Below, piece by piece: positions 31,331-40,333 of a stretch of 59,855 nucleotides of DNA. The stretch is from Bacilli bacterium (lineage in GTDB: Bacteria; Bacillota_I; Bacilli_A; RF39; UBA660). Every line of letters begins with the position of its first letter. Within the stretch, counting starts at the first letter, position 1. The notes below the pieces were generated by a model. It saw only the letters and a program-made list of their open reading frames with translations. It searched no databases and was not told where the DNA came from. The position numbers and the translations under genes were made by a program. The DNA lies in NCBI GenBank assembly GCA_007117695.1, contig SKFZ01000011.1, positions 1-59,855 of the forward strand, in the 5' to 3' direction.

Positions 31331-32846
31331 ATCTCAAACTTGACAGATACAATTGATTTGCTTCCTGCTGATCAAATGATCTATCAAATATCATCACATC
31401 ATCTAAAAAGCCTTGATACATATAATTACTCATATAACTTAATGACCACTGGCCGATTAATAACATCTCAGCATCAAAATCAACTTCCTTCGGTAATGTA
31501 GCGTTGTTATCATGCTTTCCATTAATATAAAAATCAACTTGATTTGAACTTTCAATATATGTAACTACTATGTGCTGCCATTCATTAAAGATCACTGATG
31601 AGTTACTTCTAGTGTCATTATATTCTCTGGTCCCATCTGTATAACCAACTGATAAAGTAATATTATCATTATGGAGGTTAACACCTAAGTTAGTTGTTTG
31701 ACTATGATTATGAAGCGTAACAAGACCTTGCAATCCAGTATTAACTTCTGGCTTCATCCAAAAAGCAAAAGTTTGATCCCCTGATAAATCTAATTCTAAA
31801 TCAGATCTAATATATTTATTCTGACCATCAAAATAATATGATCCTCTACCTAATTTACTATCCTCAACCCACTTAGGAGTATTATTTAAAATTAATGTTG
31901 AATTGAAAATTTCATTTACATTATTAACTATGGTGTCTTCTCTTACACCTTCAACAAAAGGTGTTGCTTTGTTTTTTTGTTCTAATTGAGGAGCACAAAT
32001 CCAAGTTCTACTATTCGGATCATTAATCGGTTCAGAACTATAAAATCTATAATTTATTCTAGTTGATTCACTATGCCCCGGATTAACAAAAGAATCCCAT
32101 TCTATTCTATGCCATCTCATATCATTTGGGACACTCTTGCTCTCACCCCAGACCCTTCCATCTTCTGATGAGTCAGCAGTAAAATAAGTCACATTAAAAT
32201 CGGAATCTCTAGTTCTAACGTATAGCGTAGGCGTATATGTTTCTGAAGCTTCTTTATTTGCATTTTCTACCGTTGCATATAAAACAGGGTCCTCACCATC
32301 TCTATCGAATCCGAATGAAGTAGTACCTTTGGGACATTCAAGTTCATCATACTTTATGTTATTCATAGCATTATGATTCCAACCAGCATCAAAATTATAA
32401 TTAGTAATAATGTTTTCGGTTGTCTCAGCAAAAGTATCAAAATTATAATAAAGGACTAGTCCGAACTGTTCTGATGAATTTACATCATTATTAACGCAAT
32501 CAGTTATAGGTAAAGTTGAATAGTTAATTTCTGATACTTTAGTGAAAATTACGTAACCACTACAAACATTTCCACCATGAGGGTTAACTACTTCATTTAA
32601 AAAATTCGCTTCCTTCAACTCTAAAAAACTCACCTCAAATGATTCTCCAATTTCCAAGTTAATGTCGTTTGAAAAAGTATTCAAATAATTTTCAGCCGCC
32701 CTAATTATGTTTTTATTGTTTTCTTTGTAAGCTGTGTTCCTTGAATCTAAAATTACATTATTAACTCTCGGGATTGCAATAAGTACGATAATCCCAAGAA
32801 TAATTATAACAGCCAACATTTCAACTAATGTAAAACCTTTTTTCAT
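31329..32846 (-). CDS. Type IV pilin N-terminus fused to LamG-like jelly-roll domain
   Basis: MKKG|FTLVEMLAVIIILGII; GLVLYYNFD, YYFDG, TFAFWMKP, WQHIVVTY, FYING, GFLDDVMIFDRS. Confidence 0.9.
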   Translation of the reverse strand: MKKGFTLVEMLAVIIILGIIVLIAIPRVNNVILDSRNTAYKENNKNIIRAAENYLNTFSNDINLEIGESFEVSFLELKEANFLNEVVNPHGGNVCSGYVIFTKVSEINYSTLPITDCVNNDVNSSEQFGLVLYYNFDTFAETTENIITNYNFDAGWNHNAMNNIKYDELECPKGTTSFGFDRDGEDPVLYATVENANKEASETYTPTLYVRTRDSDFNVTYFTADSSEDGRVWGESKSVPNDMRWHRIEWDSFVNPGHSESTRINYRFYSSEPINDPNSRTWICAPQLEQKNKATPFVEGVREDTIVNNVNEIFNSTLILNNTPKWVEDSKLGRGSYYFDGQNKYIRSDLELDLSGDQTFAFWMKPEVNTGLQGLVTLHNHSQTTNLGVNLHNDNITLSVGYTDGTREYNDTRSNSSVIFNEWQHIVVTYIESSNQVDFYINGKHDNNATLPKEVDFDAEMLLIGQWSLSYMSNYMYQGFLDDVMIFDRSFDQQEANQLYLSSLR

Positions 32847-32914
32847 AAGTCACCTTCTCTACTTTAATAATTTTATCACTTTAATAAATTATAGTAAATA
32901 AAAAAGATAGAACC

Positions 32915-33526
32915 TTAATTTCTATCTACTATTTTTTGAACCTTCTTTTTAATCCTTTGAAGTGCGTTATCAACAGCTTTAGGCGATACATCTAACACTT
33001 CTGCAATTTCCTTATAATTAAATCCATCTACTTTCATACTAAATACTCTATATTCATAATCAGTAAGTTCATCATTTATTTTTTTTAAAAGTTTTTCTTT
33101 TTTTTCTTCTTGAATTAATAAATCTTCTGGATTGTTTTTATCATCTTTTAAAAGAAACTCAAATGGGTTACTCTCATCCCCTTCGCTAACATCAATTGCA
33201 ATAGCTTCATTTAAGTGTTTATGTTTTAATCTTTTAGTACTAACTATTAAAGATATCATTCTTCTTTCAATGCACGTTTTAGCATAAGTATAAAAAGAAG
33301 TGTCCTTGTTGTCTTTATATGTGTTTATCGCCTGATTAAGCCCAATCATTCCTTCTTGAATTAAATCATTGATGTCCACACCAACATTTTTACATGTTAT
33401 AGACATTTTGTTTGCAAGTGTTTTAATTAATGGATCATATTTTTCAAAAATTATTTCTTTAGAAACTTCATCGTTTTCATAAATATATGACAATATTTCC
33501 TTATCATTTAAGTCTTTGTAATCCAT
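32915..33526 (-). CDS. sigH: Sigma-70 family alternative sigma factor, SigH-like
   Basis: DLIQEGMIGL, SFYTYAKTCIER, YKEIAE...KAVDNALQRIKKK; follows rlmB. Confidence 0.9.
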   Translation of the reverse strand: MDYKDLNDKEILSYIYENDEVSKEIIFEKYDPLIKTLANKMSITCKNVGVDINDLIQEGMIGLNQAINTYKDNKDTSFYTYAKTCIERRMISLIVSTKRLKHKHLNEAIAIDVSEGDESNPFEFLLKDDKNNPEDLLIQEEKKEKLLKKINDELTDYEYRVFSMKVDGFNYKEIAEVLDVSPKAVDNALQRIKKKVQKIVDRN

Positions 33527-33534
33527 ATAATCAC

Positions 33535-34224
33535 CTACCTTCTTTGCTTAATAGCTTCAAACAAAATAATGCCGGCTGCAACAGACGCATTCAAACTATT
33601 AATTTGTCCTTCTAGTTTGATGGTTGCTATAAAATCAGACTCTTTTTTAACAAGCCTGCTTATACCACTACCTTCGCTCCCAATAACAATAGCAATATTA
33701 CCTTTGTAATCTATTTCATCGTGAGATTTCCCATCTAAGTCAGTTGCAACAATCCAGTATCCTTTGTCCTTTAGTTCGTTCATAGCACTAACAATGTTAG
33801 TTACTAATATTATATTTACCCTATCTAAAGCACCAGCGCTTGTCTTCATGACAGTACTAGTTATTCTAACACTTCTATTTTTAGGAATAATTATATTTTT
33901 TATACCGGCTGCTTCACATGTTCTGATTATTGCACCAAAATTATGAGGATCCTCAATATGGTCTAGTATTACTACTAGTTCTCCTTCTTTAATAACACTC
34001 ATATTTTTATAATCATAATCTTTAATATCAATAATTATACCTTGATTATTTTTCATATCAAATTCTTCAAATTCTTTTTTACTTAAAAAATATACTTCAA
34101 GTTTAAAATTTTTAATATCAGAAATTATTTTTTTATCATTAAACTCTTTTAAAAGATATACTTTATTAATTTTATCTGGATTTTTAACTATTTCCTTAAA
34201 TACATTTTTCCCACAAACTAACAT
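33535..34224 (-). CDS. rlmB: 23S rRNA Gm2251 methyltransferase
   Basis: LDHIEDPHNFGAIIRT, IGSEGSG, SLNASVAAG; next to mrnC. Confidence 0.92.
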   Translation of the reverse strand: MLVCGKNVFKEIVKNPDKINKVYLLKEFNDKKIISDIKNFKLEVYFLSKKEFEEFDMKNNQGIIIDIKDYDYKNMSVIKEGELVVILDHIEDPHNFGAIIRTCEAAGIKNIIIPKNRSVRITSTVMKTSAGALDRVNIILVTNIVSAMNELKDKGYWIVATDLDGKSHDEIDYKGNIAIVIGSEGSGISRLVKKESDFIATIKLEGQINSLNASVAAGIILFEAIKQRR

Positions 34225-34598
34225 AAATTACCTCCTAAAATATGATTCATTAATTCATCAATTCTTTCTTTCTTGTTTTCTAAATATAAATATCCGATCA
34301 AAGCTTCTAATCCAGTCGCATGCTTATATGTTAAAACATCGGTATTTTTTGGATTACTTTTGCCTTTATGATTTCTCGCTCTTTTAACTACGCTTATTTC
34401 ATCTTCACTCAATATATCATTATTAATTAATAAAAGAAGAAACTTTGCTTGAGCCTTGGCACTAACATAGTTAATAGCTTCTTTTGATAATAAATTAACT
34501 TTAACAATCCCATCTTTTATTAACTTTTCCCTAACATAAAGTTCATAAATGGAGTCACCTAAGTATGCTAAAGTTAAAACATTTATATTACTACTCAT
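34218..34598 (-). CDS. mrnC: Mini-ribonuclease III
   Basis: LAYLGDSIYE, YVSAKAQA, YKHATGLEALIGYL. Confidence 0.95.
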   Translation of the reverse strand: MSSNINVLTLAYLGDSIYELYVREKLIKDGIVKVNLLSKEAINYVSAKAQAKFLLLLINNDILSEDEISVVKRARNHKGKSNPKNTDVLTYKHATGLEALIGYLYLENKKERIDELMNHILGGNLC

Positions 34599-35442
34599 TG
34601 GCGAGCCTATCAAAAGTAATGTTTTTGATATTACCACTTTTTAAGTCATTTATTAAAATGTTATAAACCTTTTCATAGTCTACGACTCCGCCTTTTACTA
34701 AACAACCTCTTTTTTCACCTATTTTATCAAGCATTTCAATAACATCACTACTAGCATCGATGCTATATCTTTCTTGCAAACGGTTTGGATAATATTTTGC
34801 CAAAGTATTTAATATATATATTGCAACATCAGATATTGGTAAAACCTCTTCTTTAATTGCTGTTAAACTAGCTAAGTTTAAGGCCTCTTCTTCGGTCTCA
34901 ATCTTAGGCCATAAAATACCAGGCGAATCTAATAATTCATAATCATTATTAATTCTTATCCACTCTAACCCTTTAGTAACTCCAGGTTTATTACCTGTTT
35001 TAGTAACGTTTTTTGAAACAAGTCTATTAATCAAAGTAGACTTACCAACATTTGGGATTCCAACTATTAATACTCTAGTTTTCTTTGGTTTTAAACCCTT
35101 TTTTTCCCTCTTTAAGTTAGCCTCACTCATTAAATTATTTGTTTTTTCTAAAATTACATTTTTATTAACCTTTTTTGATATGTCCATAGGTAAAACAACA
35201 TAACCTTTTTGCCTATAATACTCAACCCATTTATCAGTTATGCTTTTATCACATAAATCATATTTAGTCATTATCATTAATTTAGGTTTATTTCTAGTAT
35301 ATTTATCTAAATCTTTTATTTTAGATGAATAAGGCATTCTAGCATCAACAACTTCAAAAATCACATCTATTAAACTTAGTTTTTCTAAAATTAAACGCTT
35401 AGTTTTAGCCATATGTCCTGGATACCAATTTATTTCAGCCAT
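34591..35442 (-). CDS. rbgA: Ribosome biogenesis GTPase RbgA/YlqF
   Basis: INWYPGHMAK, DAR, GIPNVGKST, DSPGILWP. Confidence 0.97.
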   Translation of the reverse strand: MAEINWYPGHMAKTKRLILEKLSLIDVIFEVVDARMPYSSKIKDLDKYTRNKPKLMIMTKYDLCDKSITDKWVEYYRQKGYVVLPMDISKKVNKNVILEKTNNLMSEANLKREKKGLKPKKTRVLIVGIPNVGKSTLINRLVSKNVTKTGNKPGVTKGLEWIRINNDYELLDSPGILWPKIETEEEALNLASLTAIKEEVLPISDVAIYILNTLAKYYPNRLQERYSIDASSDVIEMLDKIGEKRGCLVKGGVVDYEKVYNILINDLKSGNIKNITFDRLANE

Positions 35443-35515
35443 AATATCACTTCCAATCTCAATAATTATAACATAAAAAAAGCCAATAACAAAAAGCTAT
35501 CGACTTATTTTAAAA

Positions 35516-35890
35516 CTATGGTGTTTGATAACTAGCCCCGCAATTTAAAAATGGTTCATATTTAATAATACCCTCTTCATATAAAACATCTACATGACCA
35601 GTACATGGCATGTTATCATTTCTACTATCTTTTATTTCACTAATGTAACCATAATCTATAAGAATTTCTAAATCGATAGTAACAACATCAGTCTCTTCAT
35701 CAGGTAAAACTATATCTTCTGTCAAAGCATAATTTCTTGCAGCACGCTCCATCGTCTTTTCATGATTTTCATAAATACTTACTCTACTATCACTAACTAT
35801 TCTATTAGAAATAGTAGTAGTAATTAATGCAATAATCCCAATAATTATTATTACTCCAAGCAACTCAACTAGCGTAAACCCCTTTTTCAT
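35516..35890 (-). CDS. Type IV pilin-like protein
   Basis: Start re-placed at MKKG|FTLVELLGVIIIIGII; LIDYGYI and Cys pair CTG...FLNC. Confidence 0.9.
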   Translation of the reverse strand: MKKGFTLVELLGVIIIIGIIALITTTISNRIVSDSRVSIYENHEKTMERAARNYALTEDIVLPDEETDVVTIDLEILIDYGYISEIKDSRNDNMPCTGHVDVLYEEGIIKYEPFLNCGASYQTP

Positions 35891-35930
35891 ATTATCACCT
35901 AGTAAAAGTATATCACAAAAAAAGCAAGAA

Positions 35931-35960
35931 AAAAACAAACTTAAATTAAGTTTGCTTTTC
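35931..35960 (-). terminator. Terminator after pilin paralogue A
   Basis: CAAACTTAA-A-TTAAGTTTG inverted repeat with T-run on minus strand. Confidence 0.6.
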
Positions 35961-35972
35961 TAGATAACATTA

Positions 35973-36353
35973 CTAATCTTCGCATGCTTCTTGATGATCG
36001 TTCATTCTTCCGCTGCTCTCACGCTGGAATCCGAAACCATTAACACAAAATTCTGCATCCGCATCAATTTCACCATCAGTGATAGGAACATTCATTTTAT
36101 CAGGTGCTGTACCTTGAATGTCAATGTTGCTGTTTTCATCGTAAACTGCTGGTATTTCTTCTTGAGCCAGAATTTTTAAAGCAACGTCATGCTCAATAGC
36201 TTTAACTGTACCATAAGCAGCATTTCTTGCAGAACCTTTTCTAGCCTCCTCAATCGAGTTCATTACAACCGGAGTTGCAATTAATGCGATTACAGCTAAA
36301 ATTACGATTACAGCTAATAATTCGATTAATGTAAAACCTTTATTATTTTTCAT
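35973..36353 (-). CDS. Type IV pilin, paralogue A (major-pilin candidate)
   Basis: MKNNKG|FTLIELLAVIVILAVIALIATP; C-terminal Cys pair; AAAGGGGT RBS. Confidence 0.92.
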   Translation of the reverse strand: MKNNKGFTLIELLAVIVILAVIALIATPVVMNSIEEARKGSARNAAYGTVKAIEHDVALKILAQEEIPAVYDENSNIDIQGTAPDKMNVPITDGEIDADAEFCVNGFGFQRESSGRMNDHQEACED

Positions 36354-36470
36354 TCTTTTCTTACCCCTTTCTATTATATAATATATCATACTATGTGATA
36401 TAAAATCAATATGTTTTGTACTCATTTACACAAAACAATCAATTTGACTTAGAATTTTACACTTATAAGA

Positions 36471-36902
36471 TTATGGAGTTTCACAATAATCATCGTCATC
36501 TTCGTGATCTACTCTAAAATCTCCACCTGATTGAAGTGCTGCAGAATATTCATCAATACACATTCCGCCACCACTAATTTCGTTGTTAGTGAATTCTAAT
36601 CTTAAAATTGATGGAATAGTTCCTTGAATATCAAAACTATCATCAAATTCTTCAATACCTTCATAATTGTAAATGTCGGCATTTTCTTCGCCATGGATCT
36701 GAAAATCCGGCTCTTCTAATACTCTTATAGCAATATCATGTTCAACTGATTTAACAACTCCATAAGCTGTGTTTCTCGCAGAACCTCTTCTTGCCTCCTC
36801 GATTGAATTCATTACAACTGGTGTTGCAATTAATGCGATTACTGCTAGTATTACTATTACTGCTAGTAATTCGATTAATGTGAAACCTTTTTGGTTTTTC
36901 AT
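36471..36902 (-). CDS. Type IV pilin, paralogue B (major-pilin candidate)
   Basis: MKNQKG|FTLIELLAVIVILAVIALIATP; C-terminal Cys pair. Confidence 0.92.
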   Translation of the reverse strand: MKNQKGFTLIELLAVIVILAVIALIATPVVMNSIEEARRGSARNTAYGVVKSVEHDIAIRVLEEPDFQIHGEENADIYNYEGIEEFDDSFDIQGTIPSILRLEFTNNEISGGGMCIDEYSAALQSGGDFRVDHEDDDDYCETP

Positions 36903-36986
36903 TATTCTAATACCCCCTTCTATAATACAATGCTAACAAATATAAAAAGAGGTTTCAAGGGTGAGAAAAAATTTATACACTGTTTG

Positions 36987-37481
36987 TCACTTTAATTTTC
37001 CAAACCCATTTAACGGATATATTCTAAAACTAGTTCTACCTATAATTTCACTATCATTTACAAGGCCTATCGTCCTACTGTCAAGAGAATTATCTCTATT
37101 ATCACCTAATACAAAATAATAATTGTCCGGTATTGTTTCATGGCCTAGTAAATCAATTGAATAATTACCAGTAGCCCCGAAATTAAAAATATCATCGACT
37201 GAGTCAGAATTGACATATAAACTATCATTTTCATATTCGATGTGTTCACCCGGTAGTCCGATAATTCTTTTTACAAGTTTTTGGCCATCAGTGTCGACAA
37301 CAACAATATCAAATCTATTTAAATTTCTGTATCTTTTATTCAATAATAATACTTCACCATCATTTAATGTCGGCTCCATTGATATGCCATTTACTCTAAC
37401 AGGTGTAACTATTAAAGTTCTAATTAGTACTACCACTATAAAAACTATTACATATGGATATACAGTTTTTAAAATTTTCAT
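36987..37481 (-). CDS. lepB: Signal peptidase I
   Basis: GISMEPTL (Ser), LVKRIIGLPG (Lys), GDNRDNSLDSR. Confidence 0.96.
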   Translation of the reverse strand: MKILKTVYPYVIVFIVVVLIRTLIVTPVRVNGISMEPTLNDGEVLLLNKRYRNLNRFDIVVVDTDGQKLVKRIIGLPGEHIEYENDSLYVNSDSVDDIFNFGATGNYSIDLLGHETIPDNYYFVLGDNRDNSLDSRTIGLVNDSEIIGRTSFRIYPLNGFGKLK

Positions 37482-37497
37482 ATACATCACCTATATA

Positions 37498-37527
37498 AAA
37501 AATAAGACTAAATTTAGTCTTATTTTT
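37498..37527 (-). terminator. 30-bp perfect palindrome over the rplS stop; probable terminator
   Basis: AAAAATAAGACTAAA|TTTAGTCTTATTTTT. Confidence 0.7.
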
Positions 37528-37864
37528 CTTGTCTTTCTTTTATTTTCGGCTGTTTAACTAAATCTCTAATATAATTTAATTTAGCTCTTCTTACTTTACC
37601 TTTTCTTAAAACAGTAATTGAGTCAATTTTTGGTGAATTCATTGGAATAGTTCTTTCTACACCAACTCCTCCTGAAACTTTTCTAACTGTAAAAGTTTGA
37701 CTTACACCACCACTTTGAATCGCCATTACTAGCCCTTCAAATGCCTGGATTCTTTCTCTAGTACCTTCCTTAACTTTAAGATCTACTCTAATAGTATCTC
37801 CTACTCTAAATTCAGGTAAGTCTGTTCTAATTTGATCTTTAGTAATTTTACTTATCAAATCCAC
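37520..37864 (-). CDS. rplS: 50S ribosomal protein L19
   Basis: [21 protein letters not shown]. Confidence 0.99.
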   Translation of the reverse strand: MDLISKITKDQIRTDLPEFRVGDTIRVDLKVKEGTRERIQAFEGLVMAIQSGGVSQTFTVRKVSGGVGVERTIPMNSPKIDSITVLRKGKVRRAKLNYIRDLVKQPKIKERQEK

Positions 37865-37889
37865 AATGTCACTCTCCTTTTCTTTAAAC

Positions 37890-37921
37890 TTTGATCTTGA
37901 ACATATTTTCAGCGGATCAAG
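37890..37921 (-). ncRNA. Probable L19 leader
   Basis: Minus strand TTGATCCGCTGAAAATATGTTCAAGATCAA hairpin containing CCGCTG upstream of the rplS RBS. Confidence 0.55.
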
Positions 37922-37964
37922 TAGACGATATTAATTTTAGCACATTTAACTAGTTTGTGCAATA

Positions 37965-38357
37965 TCATTTTGTTTTAAAAGTATTTGTTTTTTCAATCTT
38001 TTTTATAAGTTCATCTATTTGAGCTAGAATTGAATCAAAACTATCTTTAGTAAGGATTTTTCCATGCTTTTCTAAGAGTTCTTTTTTCAAAATATAAGCA
38101 TTATTAAAAATGTCTTTTGCTTGGCCACCTTCTGTTTCATCTGCTTCTTCATTTATTTCCTTTAATTTCAAATATGTTTTCTTAATTATAATATTACTTG
38201 CAAGATCTTTGCTATAAATAGTTACCTTGGAAATACTAGATTGCTTTTTCGCCCTCTTCTTTGGGAAAAAACTATAACCGATACCTTTTTTTAAAGTTCC
38301 TGAAATCGCAATTTGAAGAGGAACTTTTTTAATTAATGAATAACTACTTCTTTTCAA
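37965..38357 (-). CDS. Hypothetical basic protein
   Basis: 130-aa ORF with TTG start, tightly packed between trmD and rplS. Confidence 0.7.
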   Translation of the reverse strand: MKRSSYSLIKKVPLQIAISGTLKKGIGYSFFPKKRAKKQSSISKVTIYSKDLASNIIIKKTYLKLKEINEEADETEGGQAKDIFNNAYILKKELLEKHGKILTKDSFDSILAQIDELIKKIEKTNTFKTK

Positions 38358-38361
38358 AAAA

Positions 38362-39030
38362 TCAACTCTTTTCTAACAAGTCTGGTCTTTTTTCTTTAGT
38401 TTTCAAAACCCTTTGTTCATCACGCCACTTTTTAACATTTTCGTGATGTCCAGAATACAAAACTTCTGGAACGACTTTTCCTCTAAAATTTTTAGGTTTT
38501 GTATAAACTGGGTAATCAAGTAAATTATCATTAAAAGTTTCACTCTTAATTGACTCCTCACTTATAACACCTGGAATTAACCTTGCGACACTATCTACTA
38601 TAACCATCGAAGCAACTTCACCACCAGTTAATATATAGTCCCCAATACTAATTTCTATATCTACAATATCCAAAATTCTTTCATCAAAGCCTTCGTAATG
38701 ACCACATATTATTATTAAATGCTTTTCTTCTTTTAATTCAACAGCTTTTTTTTGATTATAAGTTTTTCCTTGCGGTGTCATTAAAATAACTTTTGAATCT
38801 TTTGAAATAAGTGATTCGACTGCTAAATAAATTGGCTCTGGCATCAAAACCATACCGCCACCACCGCCGAACTGATAATCATCAACCTTTTTATGCTTGT
38901 CTTTAGAAAATTCTCTAAAGTCAACTAAATTAACTTCTATCTTTTTATTTTCTATTGCCCTTTTAATAATCGATGTATTTAAAAACCCTTCAAACATTTC
39001 AGGGAAAATTGTTAAAATATCAATCTTCAT
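38362..39030 (-). CDS. trmD: tRNA (guanine37-N1)-methyltransferase
   Basis: VDDYQFGGGGGMV, CGHYEGFDER, SIGDYILTGGE. Confidence 0.98.
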   Translation of the reverse strand: MKIDILTIFPEMFEGFLNTSIIKRAIENKKIEVNLVDFREFSKDKHKKVDDYQFGGGGGMVLMPEPIYLAVESLISKDSKVILMTPQGKTYNQKKAVELKEEKHLIIICGHYEGFDERILDIVDIEISIGDYILTGGEVASMVIVDSVARLIPGVISEESIKSETFNDNLLDYPVYTKPKNFRGKVVPEVLYSGHHENVKKWRDEQRVLKTKEKRPDLLEKS

Positions 39031-39511
39031 TTAAAAACACCTCTACTGATTGCAAATGAATTTCATTGTTTTTAACATCAACTTTCAAAATGTATTCATC
39101 AACATAAGGTACCAAAAACGTTTTTTTAGCTTCAATTTCTAATATATCATGTGCTTGACTAAGTAAAATATCTTTAACAACACCTATTTGTTTGTTTTCG
39201 AAATAAACGTCCATATTTACTAAGTCTTCTCTTAAAACTTCATCTCCAAAAATTTCTTCTTTATTGAAGTATACCTTTTTTCCTTTATACATTAAAATAT
39301 CATTTATGTTATCAATTCCTTCAAAAGTAAACATATCGAACTTTTTATGTGGACGATAACTTCTTATAGTAAATTCTTTTTTTTCATCACCAATGTAAAT
39401 TTTTGTTTTCGGCTTAAACATTTTATCTTTTAACTCAAAGTTAGATAAAACTCTAACTTCACCTCTAATACCGTGAGTATTAACTAACTTTCCAACATAT
39501 ACATATCCCAT
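39020..39511 (-). CDS. rimM: Ribosome maturation factor RimM
   Basis: GKLVNTHGIRGEV; upstream of trmD. Confidence 0.95.
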   Translation of the reverse strand: MGYVYVGKLVNTHGIRGEVRVLSNFELKDKMFKPKTKIYIGDEKKEFTIRSYRPHKKFDMFTFEGIDNINDILMYKGKKVYFNKEEIFGDEVLREDLVNMDVYFENKQIGVVKDILLSQAHDILEIEAKKTFLVPYVDEYILKVDVKNNEIHLQSVEVFLNED

Positions 39512-39515
39512 ATTA

Positions 39516-40244
39516 CTACCCATTTAACTCATACATAAGTATGCTTGCAGCCACACCTACATTAAGGCTTTCAGAATCTGGGTCTGTTGGTATAAAAATA
39601 TGTTTATCACATATATCTAACAATTCTTTTTTAACACCACGGCCTTCATTACCAACAATTATTGCAAACTTGTCTGGTTTATCTACAAACTTAACATCGG
39701 TTCCTGAATCTACTTTTGTTCCAAGTAATTTATATCCGTCTTCTTTCATCTCACATATTTCTTCTGTAATAACCATATCTACTATATTGATATGAAAGAA
39801 AGCACCTTGTGTCGCACGAATTACTTTTTCATTATAAACATCAACACTATCTTCAGAAATAACTACAGAATCATAATTAAGAGCCAATGCACTTCTAATA
39901 ATAGTTCCTAAGTTTCCAGGATCTTGAATCGCATCGGCAATTAAAACTTTAGTTCCCAAATCTTCCTTAGGTTTTTTCTTATTGCAAACAGCTAAAAATT
40001 TTGATGGAGACTCTAATTTACTCAAATACTTCATAACTTCTTTAGTCACAATTAATTTGGGTTTATCAACGTTAATATATGACCCTTCTTCAATAACTAA
40101 ATAATCTATAAGGCCAGCTTTACTAGCTTCTTCAACTAAATGCTCAGTTTCCACAATGAACTTTCCATGAATGTTTCTATACTTTGGCTTGTGTAACCTC
40201 TTAATTTCTTTTATTTTTTCATTATCTTTCGATGAATAAATCAT
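39516..40244 (-). CDS. TrmH/SpoU family RNA methyltransferase
   Basis: IQDPGNLGTIIRSA, GNEGRGV, ESLNVGVAA. Confidence 0.92.
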   Translation of the reverse strand: MIYSSKDNEKIKEIKRLHKPKYRNIHGKFIVETEHLVEEASKAGLIDYLVIEEGSYINVDKPKLIVTKEVMKYLSKLESPSKFLAVCNKKKPKEDLGTKVLIADAIQDPGNLGTIIRSALALNYDSVVISEDSVDVYNEKVIRATQGAFFHINIVDMVITEEICEMKEDGYKLLGTKVDSGTDVKFVDKPDKFAIIVGNEGRGVKKELLDICDKHIFIPTDPDSESLNVGVAASILMYELNG

Positions 40245-40296
40245 ACAAATCACCTCTTAATTTATTTTATCAAAATAATAGTACATAGTCCATTGA

Positions 40297-40326
40297 AAAA
40301 AGTATTGATTTATAAATCAATACTTT
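40297..40326. repeat. Copy 1 of a 30-bp repeat containing a 28-bp perfect palindrome; probable glyQS terminator
   Basis: AAAAAGTATTGATTTATAAATCAATACTTT, identical to 47887-47916. Confidence 0.9.
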
Positions 40327-40333
40327 AATCTTT

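Noticed and set aside
20998-32880. Shared AAGTGATAAAATTA upstream of two pilin genes as a pilin-specific regulator site
   Set aside because: It is an extended -10 element (TGnTAAAAT); TGATAAAAT also precedes non-pilin genes such as the TrmH-family gene
35973-36902. Neisseria-style pilE/pilS silent cassette or shufflon
   Set aside because: Both genes are complete with own starts and RBS; shared 5' regions have many synonymous differences; no recombinase or repeated crossover sites nearby
40305-40320. FNR-like box TTGAT...ATCAA inside the palindrome
   Set aside because: Spacer is 6 nt rather than 4, and both copies lie at gene 3' ends
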